Origin: a virus
Taxonomy: Duplodnaviria; Caudoviricetes
DNA: 38,293 bases
Strand: one strand, 5' to 3'
IMG/VR virus record: IMGVR_UViG_3300044676_001711
Location: 1 to 38,293 of that record
The notes under the pieces: generated by a model
What the model was told of the DNA's origin: nothing
The model's input: only the letters and a program-made list of their open reading frames with translations
The model's database searches: none
Part shown: positions 14,958 to 25,900 of the stretch, piece after piece
How the letters are laid out: every line of letters begins with the position of its first letter
Numbering within the stretch: the first letter of the stretch is position 1
Made by a program: the position numbers and the translations under genes

Positions 14958-17900
14958 TAGTATTTCCTCAAAGCTTCCCGACGACGATCATCTGCTGCTT
15001 TAGTATACATTTGACGAAACATCTCATTGCGTTTCTCTTTCGGAGTGTTCACACGCAAACCAACTCCCAAAGTAAAGTTCAAAAACGTCGCGATTTGCTT
15101 AGCAGCATCTGATCGTTCCCACTTTGGCTCTGATATCGGGTCTAGCCGCGACCAGTTAGCCAACACAGGGATGAACTGCTCAACCCCATATGCCTGCTTG
15201 TCTGTCATCAACAAAGTCCCTTTGTTAGAACGCTCAGCTAAACCAGCAACTTGCAAAGCTTGAGCCATAACAGGCACATTCGCCCACTTCGGAGCAGGCT
15301 TCAACTCGTCTCTAAACGGAACCTGATTGAACGTCCTAACACCCAACATTGCTTCAATCGGGAACCTAAAGTGCGGAATCGCTGACTCCATAGGAACCCG
15401 ACCAATTGATGTCGCAAACTCTAAAGGGTCGCTCAAAGTTTCTTCGTCCAAACCTTTAGACCAGTTCGCCAAATCAGCGAACGGCAACGAAGGCAACATG
15501 TAAGTACGATGCCCACCAACCTTGAACGGCAACCGAATCCCCATGTTCTCCCCGAAGTAGCTAGGAACCACTCCCTCTTCTGGAGAATGCAACTCAAGGT
15601 TCGCTTTCAACCGACCTACACGGTTCCAAGCCGTCGGGTTCCGAGCAACCGACTCAAGCAACATAGGCATCGCCCGACGCTGCCACGTCCAGAACGGAAT
15701 AAACGTCTTCGCCCCAACCTCAAACGCAGTCAAATCAGTGTAATCAAAGTGATACTTGTAAACCTTTTCCAACGCTTCGTTTACAGAACCGCCTCCCATC
15801 ATTGTGTGATGGGCAAGACTCCCCCGAGCCATAAACTCTACGTCAGCGTTCCAGCCACGAATAGCAGTGAAAGGTTTGAAGTCAGCAGTTGGTTTCAAAG
15901 TACCAGCTTCAAAACCAGTCTTAAAACCTCGTCCTTCGATCACTTGGCCTTCGTTTACAGCAGAACGAATGTCAATACCACGACCGCCAGTACCAGCCGC
16001 AATACCCGAGTCGTACCATTCCTTAAACGTCCGCAACTCGGCAACATCAACAGTGCCGCCGCCCGCCATAGCAGACATCTTCAAACGGTTCTTAGGATTA
16101 GCAGACTGCTCAATCAAAATCCCCAACCCTGCAGAAACGTTGCCGTCTCCAGCTTTCATCGCAGCGTCACGAATGTTATGAACCCGTCGGAACTGCGACA
16201 ACGGCACCCCAGCCAACTGGTTATTCATCCACATGGCACCCAGCATGTTTCGCATCACGAAACCAGGCGTACCAACAGCCTGCGCTTTCCACCAGTTAGC
16301 TAACCTTGACGCACCCCGCAAGAAACCATTTAGCTGAGCAGGATCAGCAGTACGAGCCATCGCCTCAAACACTTCAGAGAAAACCAACGCCATCTCTCGT
16401 GTCTGCTCAGCAGTCAAATTAGCGCTCAACGGGGCAACAAACGACTGCCCCGTCAACTTCGACTTAGTGATGTTGCCGACACGAGGAGAGAACGTGTCAT
16501 CAGCGCCAACCTTGAACGTGTGCAGCAACATGTCAGCTATGACGCTTTCGGCACCTTCCATGTACAAGTCAACAAAGGCTTGGTTGCCTTGACCTTTCGC
16601 AACTGCTCTCAAAGCCTCAACAGGGTTCTCCGCAATGTCCAACGCAGCAGTAGTGTCGCCTCGCGACGCAGCCTTACGGGCTGCGTTGCGACGCTGAGTC
16701 AAAGAATCAGGGCCATCAAACAAAGCAGCCCTAATCAGCACACGACGGTTGCCCTCGTTCTTTACGTTTCGAGCGATCTCTTGCAGTTCCTCAACCTTGG
16801 CATCAATCTCCGATTGAATACGAACAGTCTCAGCTTCAAGTTGCTCCATCGTTTCCCGCACAGCAGGAGACTTTCGCGTCAACTTCAACCGTTGATCCAA
16901 CATTGAATCAATCATCAAATCCAGATCAGTCTGATACTCTCTGCGAAGCAGCCCAACCAAAGCGTCAGCATCCCCGATTGACTGCTCAACCGCATCAACA
17001 AGCTGCTGGTTAGGAACAATGTTCCCCAAACGGTTCTGCATCAACCGCAGGTTCTCGATCGTCTCCAACACCGCCGCCTGCGCCCGACCAGCAGGCGAAT
17101 CATCCAACGTCGCAAGAATACGGCCCATGTAGTCAGCGCGTTCTTCGCCCATCAAAGTCCGCAGCGTTGTCCGATCACCCTGCCCAGCTAAAGGCTGACT
17201 CTTCCAACGGATGTCCCAACCGATACTGCCACCCTTCCAATCAATCGACACCAGACGGCCATCAGCAGGCAAATCAGTAATAGAACCCGCAACCCGACGG
17301 AGATCATCAGACAACCCCCAAACGCCAATCATATCTTCAAACAACTGTCGCTGAGCCTGAGCCATCAACTCAGGATCGCCCAACGCCGCCAACCCCCGAC
17401 CAGCGATAAGAGTCGGATCAAACGCCTCAAGATTGCCTTTAATATTGTCAGAGATAAACCGAAGCTGCTCAAACACCTCGTCTAGCTCCGCTGCTTGGTC
17501 CTCAAGCATCTTGCGAATAGTAGCTGGCCGCATGCGACCGCCAGTCTTCACGTTACGACCAGTTTCTAACTGAGCCAAAGCCGCACCAATCTGGTTGCGT
17601 TGCGTCTGCAACCGTCCAGCAATCAACTGCAACTCATGCAGGAACTCGGTAGCCTCAGCCAAAGCCTCCAAACGGGCGTCATTGTCAGCAACCAGCCGCT
17701 GAATCTTGGCACGCTGAGCCTTCGTAAACGGGCCAGTAACAGCATCCCGCCAGCCCTCAGCATCCAACAAATCTCTTGCCCCAGCCGACAACCCCGTGTA
17801 AAACTTGCCATTAGCAGCAGCGTTCAAAACCTCAAACAACGTGTTGATTTGAACTTCCATGTCAGCGACTTGTGCGGCTAATTGCCCATCAGTGCTAGCC

Positions 17901-20185
17901 AACCAAGCACGAACATCTGCTTCGCTAAAGATCCCGTCTTTCTTAGCGATCTCTGCAAGAATATTAGCAACTTCGTCTTCGTCCATTTCGGCGTCAACAA
18001 GCGCTTTACGGAGATTAGTTAACTCTAGCTCAGTAGCCTGCAAACGCTTATTGAAAGTTTCAATACGAGAAGCCAAATCACCTTGTTTAAGTTTGTTACC
18101 GCCAATCATGTAACCTTTATTTTTGACAAGTTTCAGAAGCGTTTGAGAACGAATGTTCTTCGTCATCAAACTGATATAACGAGGCAGCACAACCGAAGCA
18201 TCATCCGAAAACTTAAACAACCTTTTCGGATCAATATCAGTAGCTTCCCGAGCAATCTTTGCCATCTGATTCAAAATGTTGCTGTCATCTAGCGGCACGC
18301 CCGCATAAACATTCGTTGAAATAAACTTGTCTTTGCCGTAACGAACGCCGTTAGCAATTTCTTCGTCTAGAACTTGTTCAAAAGTCTTAGGTTTCCCTGC
18401 ATCTTGACTAGCTAAAACCTTGGCTTCTATACGATCAATATCATCTGCATACGCTCGTACTTCAGCTTCAGAAACTTTGTTTGTTCTAGCGTCGTTGATG
18501 CGTTGCTTTATTTGTTTAGGCGTCAACAAACGACGAGAATGCGTCGGCGTGCCACTCAACGTTTTATTGTCCAACGGGATGCCATCCATCTCGGGATCAA
18601 CCCGAGAAGCATTCCCACGTTTAAACTCAATGTCGTCTCTCATCCGAGACGCATAAAAGAAATCGTTTAGTTCGTCTTCAGGAATACCTGCCCGACGACC
18701 AGCAGACTTCCACCACTCCTTAGCCTGGGCAACAAACGGACTAACTTCAGCAGATCCATCTGCACCTACGTTAATCCAGCGAGCCAACGCTGGGTTAGCC
18801 AAGATTTCTTCGTCTGTCGAAGTCGCTGCGTAAAACATCAACGAATCAAGATCTTCGCCTTGAATCCCTGCCGTCCGAAGATCTCGTACCAGCCGATCTA
18901 ACTCATCAGTAGTTTGCTTGTTCCAACGCAAAGCCGCAATAGCTGCCTGATTGCCGCTACGTTCAACATCAAACACCACCCGAGCAGTTTCAGTTTCAAC
19001 GCCACGTTTAGCGTTGATTATGCTTCCTTTACTGTTGAACTTCCTAAGAAGAGAATCCATCTTCGGAGCCAAAGCAACTGCAGTTACGCTCCTGCCAACA
19101 CCCCCGCCAAGAGAACCTACAATCTTTGACGTAGCGTTTTGTACGGCAGCATTACCAAACGGCTTAGCAATAGGCAAACGTGAAGCCTTCCGAGCAGCCT
19201 CTTCAATAGCGTCCTTCAACACGCCCTGAGGAGCTTCACCACCCGTCATGCGAGCAACAATTGCATCAGCGTTCTTAGCTACATCAAACCCATCGTCGCT
19301 TAACAACCAAGGCGACCTAGCCAACGTCGCAACCCTGTTACGAGCCGCTCTTTCCCCCAACTTCGGAACAATAGAAGTCAAAGGCCGTTCAACAATGCGA
19401 CGACCGATACGGCCAGTTCCTGGCAACGAGAAATGAATGCCACGGTTTACGCCAAGTTCTTCCATCACCAAAGGCTTCTTGGCAACAGCAGAAAGAGTGC
19501 CTTCGCGACGCACAATATCGAACGTCTCAAGCAAATCTTGCGCCCGACGACTCTGCGTAGCAGCTTCAGCAACGTTGCCTGCCTTCCTGGCAGTTTCAGC
19601 AGCTATCTCAGCGGTCCTAGCAGCATTAGACAAAGTCACCGCCACATCAGCAACCCGAGCCGCCCGCAACACCACACCAGCACCAAACGCATACGTCAAC
19701 GGGTCCAACGCAATATCAAGCCCCAACCCGACCACGAAGTCCAAAGGCCCAGGAAGATCAACCCCCCAGTCCCTCAGAACCTCGCTCGCCATAATGTTGT
19801 CTTGTGCTTGCTTATACCACTCAGACAAAGACGCATCGCCATTGCCAAAGATATCCCCAACTTCTTTGATAGTGGACATCAAATACGCCCGAGGCGCATC
19901 CAATAGGTCAAGCGCTGGACCAAGAACAGGAATATCAAAAATACCGCCGCCAGGCTCTGGTGGAGCAGTTTTCAACGGAATCAGATTCTGAGACTGCAAC
20001 CCCCCCAACATCTCTTTACGAGACTGTATGCCGCCATAAGGCAACTGAACAATCGCAGCAGGAGTGTTGAACGTTTCAACAAGATTCGTGTTTGAGTACC
20101 CCAACTTTGCAGACAAATCAGAAACATCAATTAATTGTTTTGGCGCAGAAACAGCTTGAGAAATCTCTGAACGACTAAGAGACAT
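14957..20185 (-). CDS. Large internal virion (ejection) protein, 1742 aa
   Basis: Size, helical composition and position after tail genes; LDIALDPLTY and FDYTDLT.FE...FIPFWTW motifs typical of podoviral inner-core proteins. Confidence 0.7.
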   Translation of the reverse strand: MSLSRSEISQAVSAPKQLIDVSDLSAKLGYSNTNLVETFNTPAAIVQLPYGGIQSRKEMLGGLQSQNLIPLKTAPPEPGGGIFDIPVLGPALDLLDAPRAYLMSTIKEVGDIFGNGDASLSEWYKQAQDNIMASEVLRDWGVDLPGPLDFVVGLGLDIALDPLTYAFGAGVVLRAARVADVAVTLSNAARTAEIAAETARKAGNVAEAATQSRRAQDLLETFDIVRREGTLSAVAKKPLVMEELGVNRGIHFSLPGTGRIGRRIVERPLTSIVPKLGERAARNRVATLARSPWLLSDDGFDVAKNADAIVARMTGGEAPQGVLKDAIEEAARKASRLPIAKPFGNAAVQNATSKIVGSLGGGVGRSVTAVALAPKMDSLLRKFNSKGSIINAKRGVETETARVVFDVERSGNQAAIAALRWNKQTTDELDRLVRDLRTAGIQGEDLDSLMFYAATSTDEEILANPALARWINVGADGSAEVSPFVAQAKEWWKSAGRRAGIPEDELNDFFYASRMRDDIEFKRGNASRVDPEMDGIPLDNKTLSGTPTHSRRLLTPKQIKQRINDARTNKVSEAEVRAYADDIDRIEAKVLASQDAGKPKTFEQVLDEEIANGVRYGKDKFISTNVYAGVPLDDSNILNQMAKIAREATDIDPKRLFKFSDDASVVLPRYISLMTKNIRSQTLLKLVKNKGYMIGGNKLKQGDLASRIETFNKRLQATELELTNLRKALVDAEMDEDEVANILAEIAKKDGIFSEADVRAWLASTDGQLAAQVADMEVQINTLFEVLNAAANGKFYTGLSAGARDLLDAEGWRDAVTGPFTKAQRAKIQRLVADNDARLEALAEATEFLHELQLIAGRLQTQRNQIGAALAQLETGRNVKTGGRMRPATIRKMLEDQAAELDEVFEQLRFISDNIKGNLEAFDPTLIAGRGLAALGDPELMAQAQRQLFEDMIGVWGLSDDLRRVAGSITDLPADGRLVSIDWKGGSIGWDIRWKSQPLAGQGDRTTLRTLMGEERADYMGRILATLDDSPAGRAQAAVLETIENLRLMQNRLGNIVPNQQLVDAVEQSIGDADALVGLLRREYQTDLDLMIDSMLDQRLKLTRKSPAVRETMEQLEAETVRIQSEIDAKVEELQEIARNVKNEGNRRVLIRAALFDGPDSLTQRRNAARKAASRGDTTAALDIAENPVEALRAVAKGQGNQAFVDLYMEGAESVIADMLLHTFKVGADDTFSPRVGNITKSKLTGQSFVAPLSANLTAEQTREMALVFSEVFEAMARTADPAQLNGFLRGASRLANWWKAQAVGTPGFVMRNMLGAMWMNNQLAGVPLSQFRRVHNIRDAAMKAGDGNVSAGLGILIEQSANPKNRLKMSAMAGGGTVDVAELRTFKEWYDSGIAAGTGGRGIDIRSAVNEGQVIEGRGFKTGFEAGTLKPTADFKPFTAIRGWNADVEFMARGSLAHHTMMGGGSVNEALEKVYKYHFDYTDLTAFEVGAKTFIPFWTWQRRAMPMLLESVARNPTAWNRVGRLKANLELHSPEEGVVPSYFGENMGIRLPFKVGGHRTYMLPSLPFADLANWSKGLDEETLSDPLEFATSIGRVPMESAIPHFRFPIEAMLGVRTFNQVPFRDELKPAPKWANVPVMAQALQVAGLAERSNKGTLLMTDKQAYGVEQFIPVLANWSRLDPISEPKWERSDAAKQIATFLNFTLGVGLRVNTPKEKRNEMFRQMYTKAADDRRREALRKY

Positions 20186-20190
20186 GCGAC

Positions 20191-21555
20191 TTACTCATTT
20201 GTCTGAGTTGTATCAAAACCAAACATTGCAGCAATAGCTGGGTCAGCCAAATCAATGTCATCACCCCGCATCTCCAAATACTTCAACATGTCGCCAAGAT
20301 CAGGACCAGCGCCGCCGCCCTTCAACACCAAATCATTGTAGAAATCAGCCTCAGTGTTGCCAATATCCAAGAAAGCATCCCCAAGTTTTGCTTCGGAAAT
20401 AATCATCAAATCCTGTTGAGTCGGGACGTAACCACCCTGCTGAATGTTCGCAAGAATCCCCAACGCAGCAGCACCCAGTTCAGTCTTACGAGCCGAAGAA
20501 GCAGCAGAAGCCTGCCTAGCAGCAACAGCTTGTGCAGCCTCCAACGTGTCAACATCAAGCTGAGCGTAAGTCATCTCAGTTGCCTGTTGAGCCTGACGTT
20601 CCGCATCAGCGATGGCCTGCATAGCCATCGCGTCATCCATAAGACCTTGTTGACGCATTTGGTCAACCGCTTGCAAAGCAAACGAAAGGTCTTCTTTGAT
20701 GCCGTACAACGCAGCCGCCGACGCTTGATCGTTTGCGTCTTTAGCAAAATTGGCAGCTTGAACCGCTACCCCGTCCAACATGTTGACCATGTTGGCCGCA
20801 GACATGTTCTGCGAATACAACATCGCAGTCGTGTCAGACATTTCTTGATTAGCAAAGCTGCCAGGGTCAATCCCCAACGACCTCAGACGATCACCAGCAG
20901 CACCTGTATCAATATCTACAGCTCGCAACGCATCATCAAGCTGCGTCTGCTGCCGAGCCAACTCAACAGTCTTGCGTTGCTCACGTTCAGCAGCAGCTTG
21001 TTCAAACCGAACAGCCCGCCGTTCATCAAGATCTTCAACAAAGTTAGTGCGATCGCTGGCGGTCTGCGAAGCAAAGCGCTCTTGGGAAGCCAACCCTGCT
21101 TCTCGCATCGCCCCAAGCGAATCAATCAAGTCTCGTTGTTCTCCGAAACCTTCAAGTTGCGAACTCAACAAGTTGGCTTGAGCTGCTCGCAGAATGTCTT
21201 GGACACTCAACGCAGGCTGTTCAGGCTGCGGAGGCTGCAAATTAGGCGTGACAGGACTCTGCTGATTTTTGTAGTTCTGCAAGTCCTGCAAATAAGATTC
21301 CATTTGAGCGCGCTGGATGTTAGCGCTGTCTTGAATAGAACCAGCTTTGCTGATTACAGGGTTGCTAGAAGGATCGAATCCACCACTGCCAGTAAACACT
21401 CCACCTACGTTAAAAAAATCGTCAACAGCCTTTCCAGCGAATTCTTGAATTTCGGGTCCGTACGGGAAGTTGTCAACCCGCGTGTACTCCATCGGGTTGG
21501 AAACAAAACTGACAAACTCTCCAGCAGCTTCTTTGATTTCGTCCCAAATGCCCAT
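20191..21555 (-). CDS. Internal virion protein
   Basis: Gln/Ala-rich coiled-coil, 454 aa, in the ejection-protein cluster. Confidence 0.6.
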   Translation of the reverse strand: MGIWDEIKEAAGEFVSFVSNPMEYTRVDNFPYGPEIQEFAGKAVDDFFNVGGVFTGSGGFDPSSNPVISKAGSIQDSANIQRAQMESYLQDLQNYKNQQSPVTPNLQPPQPEQPALSVQDILRAAQANLLSSQLEGFGEQRDLIDSLGAMREAGLASQERFASQTASDRTNFVEDLDERRAVRFEQAAAEREQRKTVELARQQTQLDDALRAVDIDTGAAGDRLRSLGIDPGSFANQEMSDTTAMLYSQNMSAANMVNMLDGVAVQAANFAKDANDQASAAALYGIKEDLSFALQAVDQMRQQGLMDDAMAMQAIADAERQAQQATEMTYAQLDVDTLEAAQAVAARQASAASSARKTELGAAALGILANIQQGGYVPTQQDLMIISEAKLGDAFLDIGNTEADFYNDLVLKGGGAGPDLGDMLKYLEMRGDDIDLADPAIAAMFGFDTTQTNE

Positions 21556-22007
21556 TATGTGCTCCGCATGCGATCGCCGTACAACCCAGCCACCAACGCC
21601 TGATAATCCTGAGAAGCAAGAGTCTGACGCAACTCAGCCAAATTGCCTAGATCTAACTGATCTTCCATATACGAACCAGTCAAAGACTGGTTATAGTCCT
21701 CGCGCAGACGATTCTGAGAACGCACCGAAGCAGCAGCCAACTCACGACCACGGCCCACATACCTGCCGCTATCCAGCATGCCTCTACGGTTGTACGCCCC
21801 AGGGAACTGACGAAAGATCTCGTCAGCGTCACGACGTAAGTCGCCACGTCCACGAGTGTACTGCCGCAGCATGTTGTCTCGGTTAAACTGTCGCCCAATC
21901 AAGTTTCTCTGAACATCTAAACTAGCTTGATTAGAGATCTGCGATGATGGGGCCATCTCCCCCATCGTTGACGACAAAATGTCTTGATATGCTGGTCTAT
22001 ATGCCAT
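21555..22007 (-). CDS. Small internal virion protein
   Basis: YNRRGMLDSG motif; taggag RBS. Confidence 0.6.
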   Translation of the reverse strand: MAYRPAYQDILSSTMGEMAPSSQISNQASLDVQRNLIGRQFNRDNMLRQYTRGRGDLRRDADEIFRQFPGAYNRRGMLDSGRYVGRGRELAAASVRSQNRLREDYNQSLTGSYMEDQLDLGNLAELRQTLASQDYQALVAGLYGDRMRST

Positions 22008-22015
22008 GTGAAGCT

Positions 22016-22040
22016 CCTATCTCATGGCAACAATGTCCCA
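22016..22040 (-). promoter_or_regulatory. Putative late promoter motif TGGGAC-N15-TAGG
   Basis: Intergenic, upstream of the ejection-protein genes. Confidence 0.55.
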
Positions 22041-22190
22041 CTACTGAGACGTTTCTTCTTCTTGTTCTTCTTCGTGCAACGCAAGCTGCTGTTGCAACTT
22101 CTGGTTTTGAACAGCCAAAACGCAAATCTCAAACTCGTGAGGAAAACGAGTTTGAATCATGGCTAGCACTTCTTCAGTAGATACGTTCAT
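22041..22190 (-). CDS. Small coiled-coil/acidic protein (49 aa, not in track), possible fibre chaperone
   Basis: taagga RBS; MNVSTEEVLAMIQTRFPHEFEICVLAVQNQKLQQQLALHEEEQEEETSQ*. Confidence 0.6.
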   Translation of the reverse strand: MNVSTEEVLAMIQTRFPHEFEICVLAVQNQKLQQQLALHEEEQEEETSQ

Positions 22191-22198
22191 TTACTTCC

Positions 22199-22984
22199 TT
22201 ACGCCCATAGGTCGATATCTCCAAGATACCCACCAGTAACTTCCGTATCCCCCAGATACATCTTCGACACCGTCAGATCACCCAACTTGCCCTGAAACGA
22301 CGTAGAACCTGTCGGCGCCTCCTTAATCCTCAGCATGGTGGCAGTCCAACCATCTGAGCCAGTAGTAAACACTGCCGCTGGATTTAGGTTGGTATTCGTA
22401 ACCTGCTTATAAGCAATGCCACAACCGATGTGTCCACTAGGACTGCCGCCCCCAGTAGTTTCAATGCCTGGGTTTGACCCAACTGCGGTGTATCCCGAGG
22501 GCGCAGTAAACCCGCTTGCGTTTTTGCCCTCTATCATAAACTGGGCAACGTACAAAAAGTCGCCAATGTAACTAGTGTTGTTGCTAAAAGCGTTTGAAGA
22601 AGGCTGGTTGCTGCTGCCGCCTTGCTCTAGATAGCCCGTGCCATCAAACGGACTAGTCGTGTTTGCTCCGCTGACGTTGAACATAACCCCACACACACGA
22701 GCGCTATTAGCAACTTGGAACGTCCAACCCGAAATGCGATTTACGTCGTTGGCAGAAGCAACTTTCCAGAAACACGCTTGCGTATCAGTGTATGACGCAT
22801 TGTCGAACAGGTTCCAGCCTGTAGGCGTATACCAGAATGTATTGAAAACAGCAGAGCAAACATACGCAACTAGTAAGTCGCCTGCGCTCAAACTAAGATT
22901 ACCAGGGGCACCTAAAGTGATCGTTGTCGAATTGGTGCTGCTATTTTGTTGATAGTCGTGATTGTTGAATGAAGGAGCAGCCAT
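22199..22984 (-). CDS. Tail-fibre-associated / receptor-binding protein
   Basis: Ser/Thr/Gly-rich beta protein (AGDLLVA, TPTGW); C-terminal KMYLGDTEV motif. Confidence 0.6.
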   Translation of the reverse strand: MAAPSFNNHDYQQNSSTNSTTITLGAPGNLSLSAGDLLVAYVCSAVFNTFWYTPTGWNLFDNASYTDTQACFWKVASANDVNRISGWTFQVANSARVCGVMFNVSGANTTSPFDGTGYLEQGGSSNQPSSNAFSNNTSYIGDFLYVAQFMIEGKNASGFTAPSGYTAVGSNPGIETTGGGSPSGHIGCGIAYKQVTNTNLNPAAVFTTGSDGWTATMLRIKEAPTGSTSFQGKLGDLTVSKMYLGDTEVTGGYLGDIDLWA

Positions 22985-22986
22985 TA

Positions 22987-25900
22987 CTAGCTCGTAATCA
23001 GGTAAAGACGATTAGCGGGACGACCAGCGCCCAAAGCGGTATACGACGCTTGGCTAATCTCAACAATATCAGTCACATCAGTGCTAGTAACAGCATCTGA
23101 AATGTCTCGGCCCGTGCTGTCTTGAATAGACACAGGGAACCTGACATTGCCAGAAGCATCAATGTCGATTGCCATCGTCCCCCACGACGTAGGCGACCCA
23201 CCAACATGGAACTCCATTTGATTGCCGCCAGGAGCAACGATCACTGCACGGTTAGTTCCCTCGTAGAAACCGTAGCCGCCACCAAAGTTTCCAGAAGTAA
23301 TAAACGCATAGTCATCGTTATTGGTTTGCAGCGTGTTCTGATACGCCTCAATCCTGCCGTTTACGTCCAACCTAGAACCAGCGTTGGGTGTCTTGCCGAC
23401 ACCGACGTTGCCGTCAGAGTCAATCAAGAACTGTTCAACCGCTCCAGAGTCTCGTACCGAAACCTTGTTTGTGCCAGCGGCATCGCCAAGCTCAATGATG
23501 ACATCGCCTGTTGAGTGAAGATCAATCGCCCCCGTGATTTCTTGACCGTTTACGTCAAGAGCGCCGCCCAACTGAGGCGTCGTGTCTTCCACAACATTGC
23601 TAATGCCCCCGCCACCGCCGCTAGGCAAGTTTTCCCACAAAACCGCTTTTAAACCGCCATCAGTAGCGTCAACAATCAGCACTTCGTCGCCAGTCGCACC
23701 AGCAACAGCAGTAAGAGTGATCGCCTCAATAGACGTTTCAACATTTGCTGCGTCAGTAACGTCAGCCCCAGTTTCGATCCCAGCCAGCTTTGTAATATCG
23801 GCAGCGGTCGTAAACTTGTTGGTCGTAGCAGCATCCGAAATGTCATCGGCGTCCAAAACAACAACGCCAGTCTGCGAGTTCACCGAGTCAACAGCGTTGA
23901 CCTCGGCTCCAGCAGCGATCCCGTCCAGCTTCGTTCCGTCAGCAGCTACGTCACGGCCATCGACAGTTCCAGCCAACGTCAAGTTGCCGTCTGAATCAAA
24001 CGCAGCAACCTCAACAGCAGCAGAATCCCTGACTGACAACTTGTTGACGCCAGCAGCGTCACCAAGTTCAGTAATCACGTCGCCCGTCGAATGCAGATCA
24101 ATAGCGCCAGTGATCTCTTGCCCATTGACATCCAACGCGCCGCCAAGCTGCGGCGTGGTGTCTTCTACAACATTCTGAAGCGCAGAATCAGCAGTAGAAC
24201 CTTGTGCCGCAGTCGCAAACGCAGTCGCATGATTCCCGTCCAACAAATCCGCATCAAGCCCAGAACCCGTACCGTCATTCGTTGTGTCAAAGAACCCCAA
24301 CCCTCTAATGTCGGCTGCAGTCTGATCGGCAGTAGCTCCCGATTCGATGCCTGCCAGCTTCGTGATATCAGCCGCAGTCGTAAACTTGTTCGTCGTAGAC
24401 GTATCAGAAATGTCGTCAGCATCTAGAACAACCGCTCCAGTTTGCGTATTGACACTCAACACCTGATCGGTGTAATCCAGCTTCAACCAGTTAGACGCAT
24501 ATGTCGAAGTAGAAGCATTATCTACGATTGCCAACAGCCTGTCGTTGACAGAAAACGCCACACTGTCCACAGTGCCAGCTACCGAAACAATGTAGCTCTC
24601 GCCAGCCTGAGCAGAACCAGAACCAGGGAACGACCCTGCGGATGCATCCCAAGATCCTTGCAGCACAACCGCTGCATCCAACTGATTGACCCTGCTCTCA
24701 ATCGTGTCAAGATCAACAGCCTGAGTAACAGTTATGTGACCCAGCTTCGTGAGGTTAGCTGCAGTCGTGAACTTGTTTGTTGTAGCGGCATCAGAAATGT
24801 CATCTGCATCCAAAACAACAATGCCAGTTTGGCTATTGACAGAATCAACAGGCGCTGCGGGCAGGTTCTGCCAAAGAACCGCTTTCAACCCGCCATCAGT
24901 GGCATCAACTACAAGGATCTCATCTCCCGTAGCGCCAGCAACAGAAGTCAACGTGATCGCTTCGATCGCTGTTTCAACGTTAGCGGCGTCAGTAACATCC
25001 GCTCCTGATTCGATACCGTCAAGCTTGGTGCCATCAGCCGCTACATCACGACCGTCAACTGTCCCCGTAACTGTAATGTTGCCGCCAACGCTCAAAGCGC
25101 TCAACGTGCCCACCGAAGTCAACGAAGACGCCGTCACCCCAGACGCCAACGTCGCACCCGTCAACGTCCCCGCAGCAGCAGCCACCGTAATGTTCGCCGT
25201 GCCATCAAACGACACGCCATTGATTGTGCGTGCCGTTTCCAACGCCGTCGCAGTAGCAGCATTACCAGTCGTGTCGTTCGACAACGTGCCATTAGGCACG
25301 TCGTTCGCACGACCAGAACCCAACACCAGAATCTCGCCCGTTGAAGCGTCAACACGCACCACACGGCCAATCTTCTGCACCAACTCAGACGCCCCTGTAG
25401 GCCGAGTCGCAGTCAACACCCCTGCTGTAGTCGACACATACAACTCGTCGTTGACGGCATAAGACGAAGTGTTAATGCCGCCAATAATCCCCAACACCGT
25501 CGCTGAGCCTTCAGCATTGTTTGCCAAGGCATCATCTAGCAAACCCAACGCAGGCATTGTTGACGCAACATCAGCATCCGAAGGCGACACCTCTACCGCA
25601 CCAGAAGCCCCAACAGAACCCGTAGCGTACACAGGCGTGCCTTTAGCCAGCGTGCCGCCCGACGTGTTCTTCACCGTAATATGAACTGGGCCGTTCAAAT
25701 CCGCAGTAACCGAAGTCAACGTAATGTCGTTATCAAGGTTCAGTGTCACGGTGGCGGCAGATCCGCCACCGTTCAAGTTCGTGCCAGCAGTAACCGTCTG
25801 AATAACGCCGTCAGCGCCGTCAGCACCCGCAGGCCCAGTAGCACCTGTTGCCCCAGTAGCCCCAGTCGCTCCCTGAGGACCAGTCGCTCCCTGAGGACCA

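Noticed and set aside
14957-20185. Virion RNA polymerase (N4- or crAss-like)
   Set aside because: No DxDGD or T7-type catalytic motifs seen, and a consensus host-sigma early promoter exists
21541-21546. Other GTCCCA occurrences (e.g. 21541, 33059) as late promoters
   Set aside because: They lie inside coding sequence and lack the downstream TAGG/RBS context
20416-21603. 395-aa plus-strand ORF and other plus-strand ORFs in the late arm
   Set aside because: Antisense shadows of coherent minus-strand structural genes
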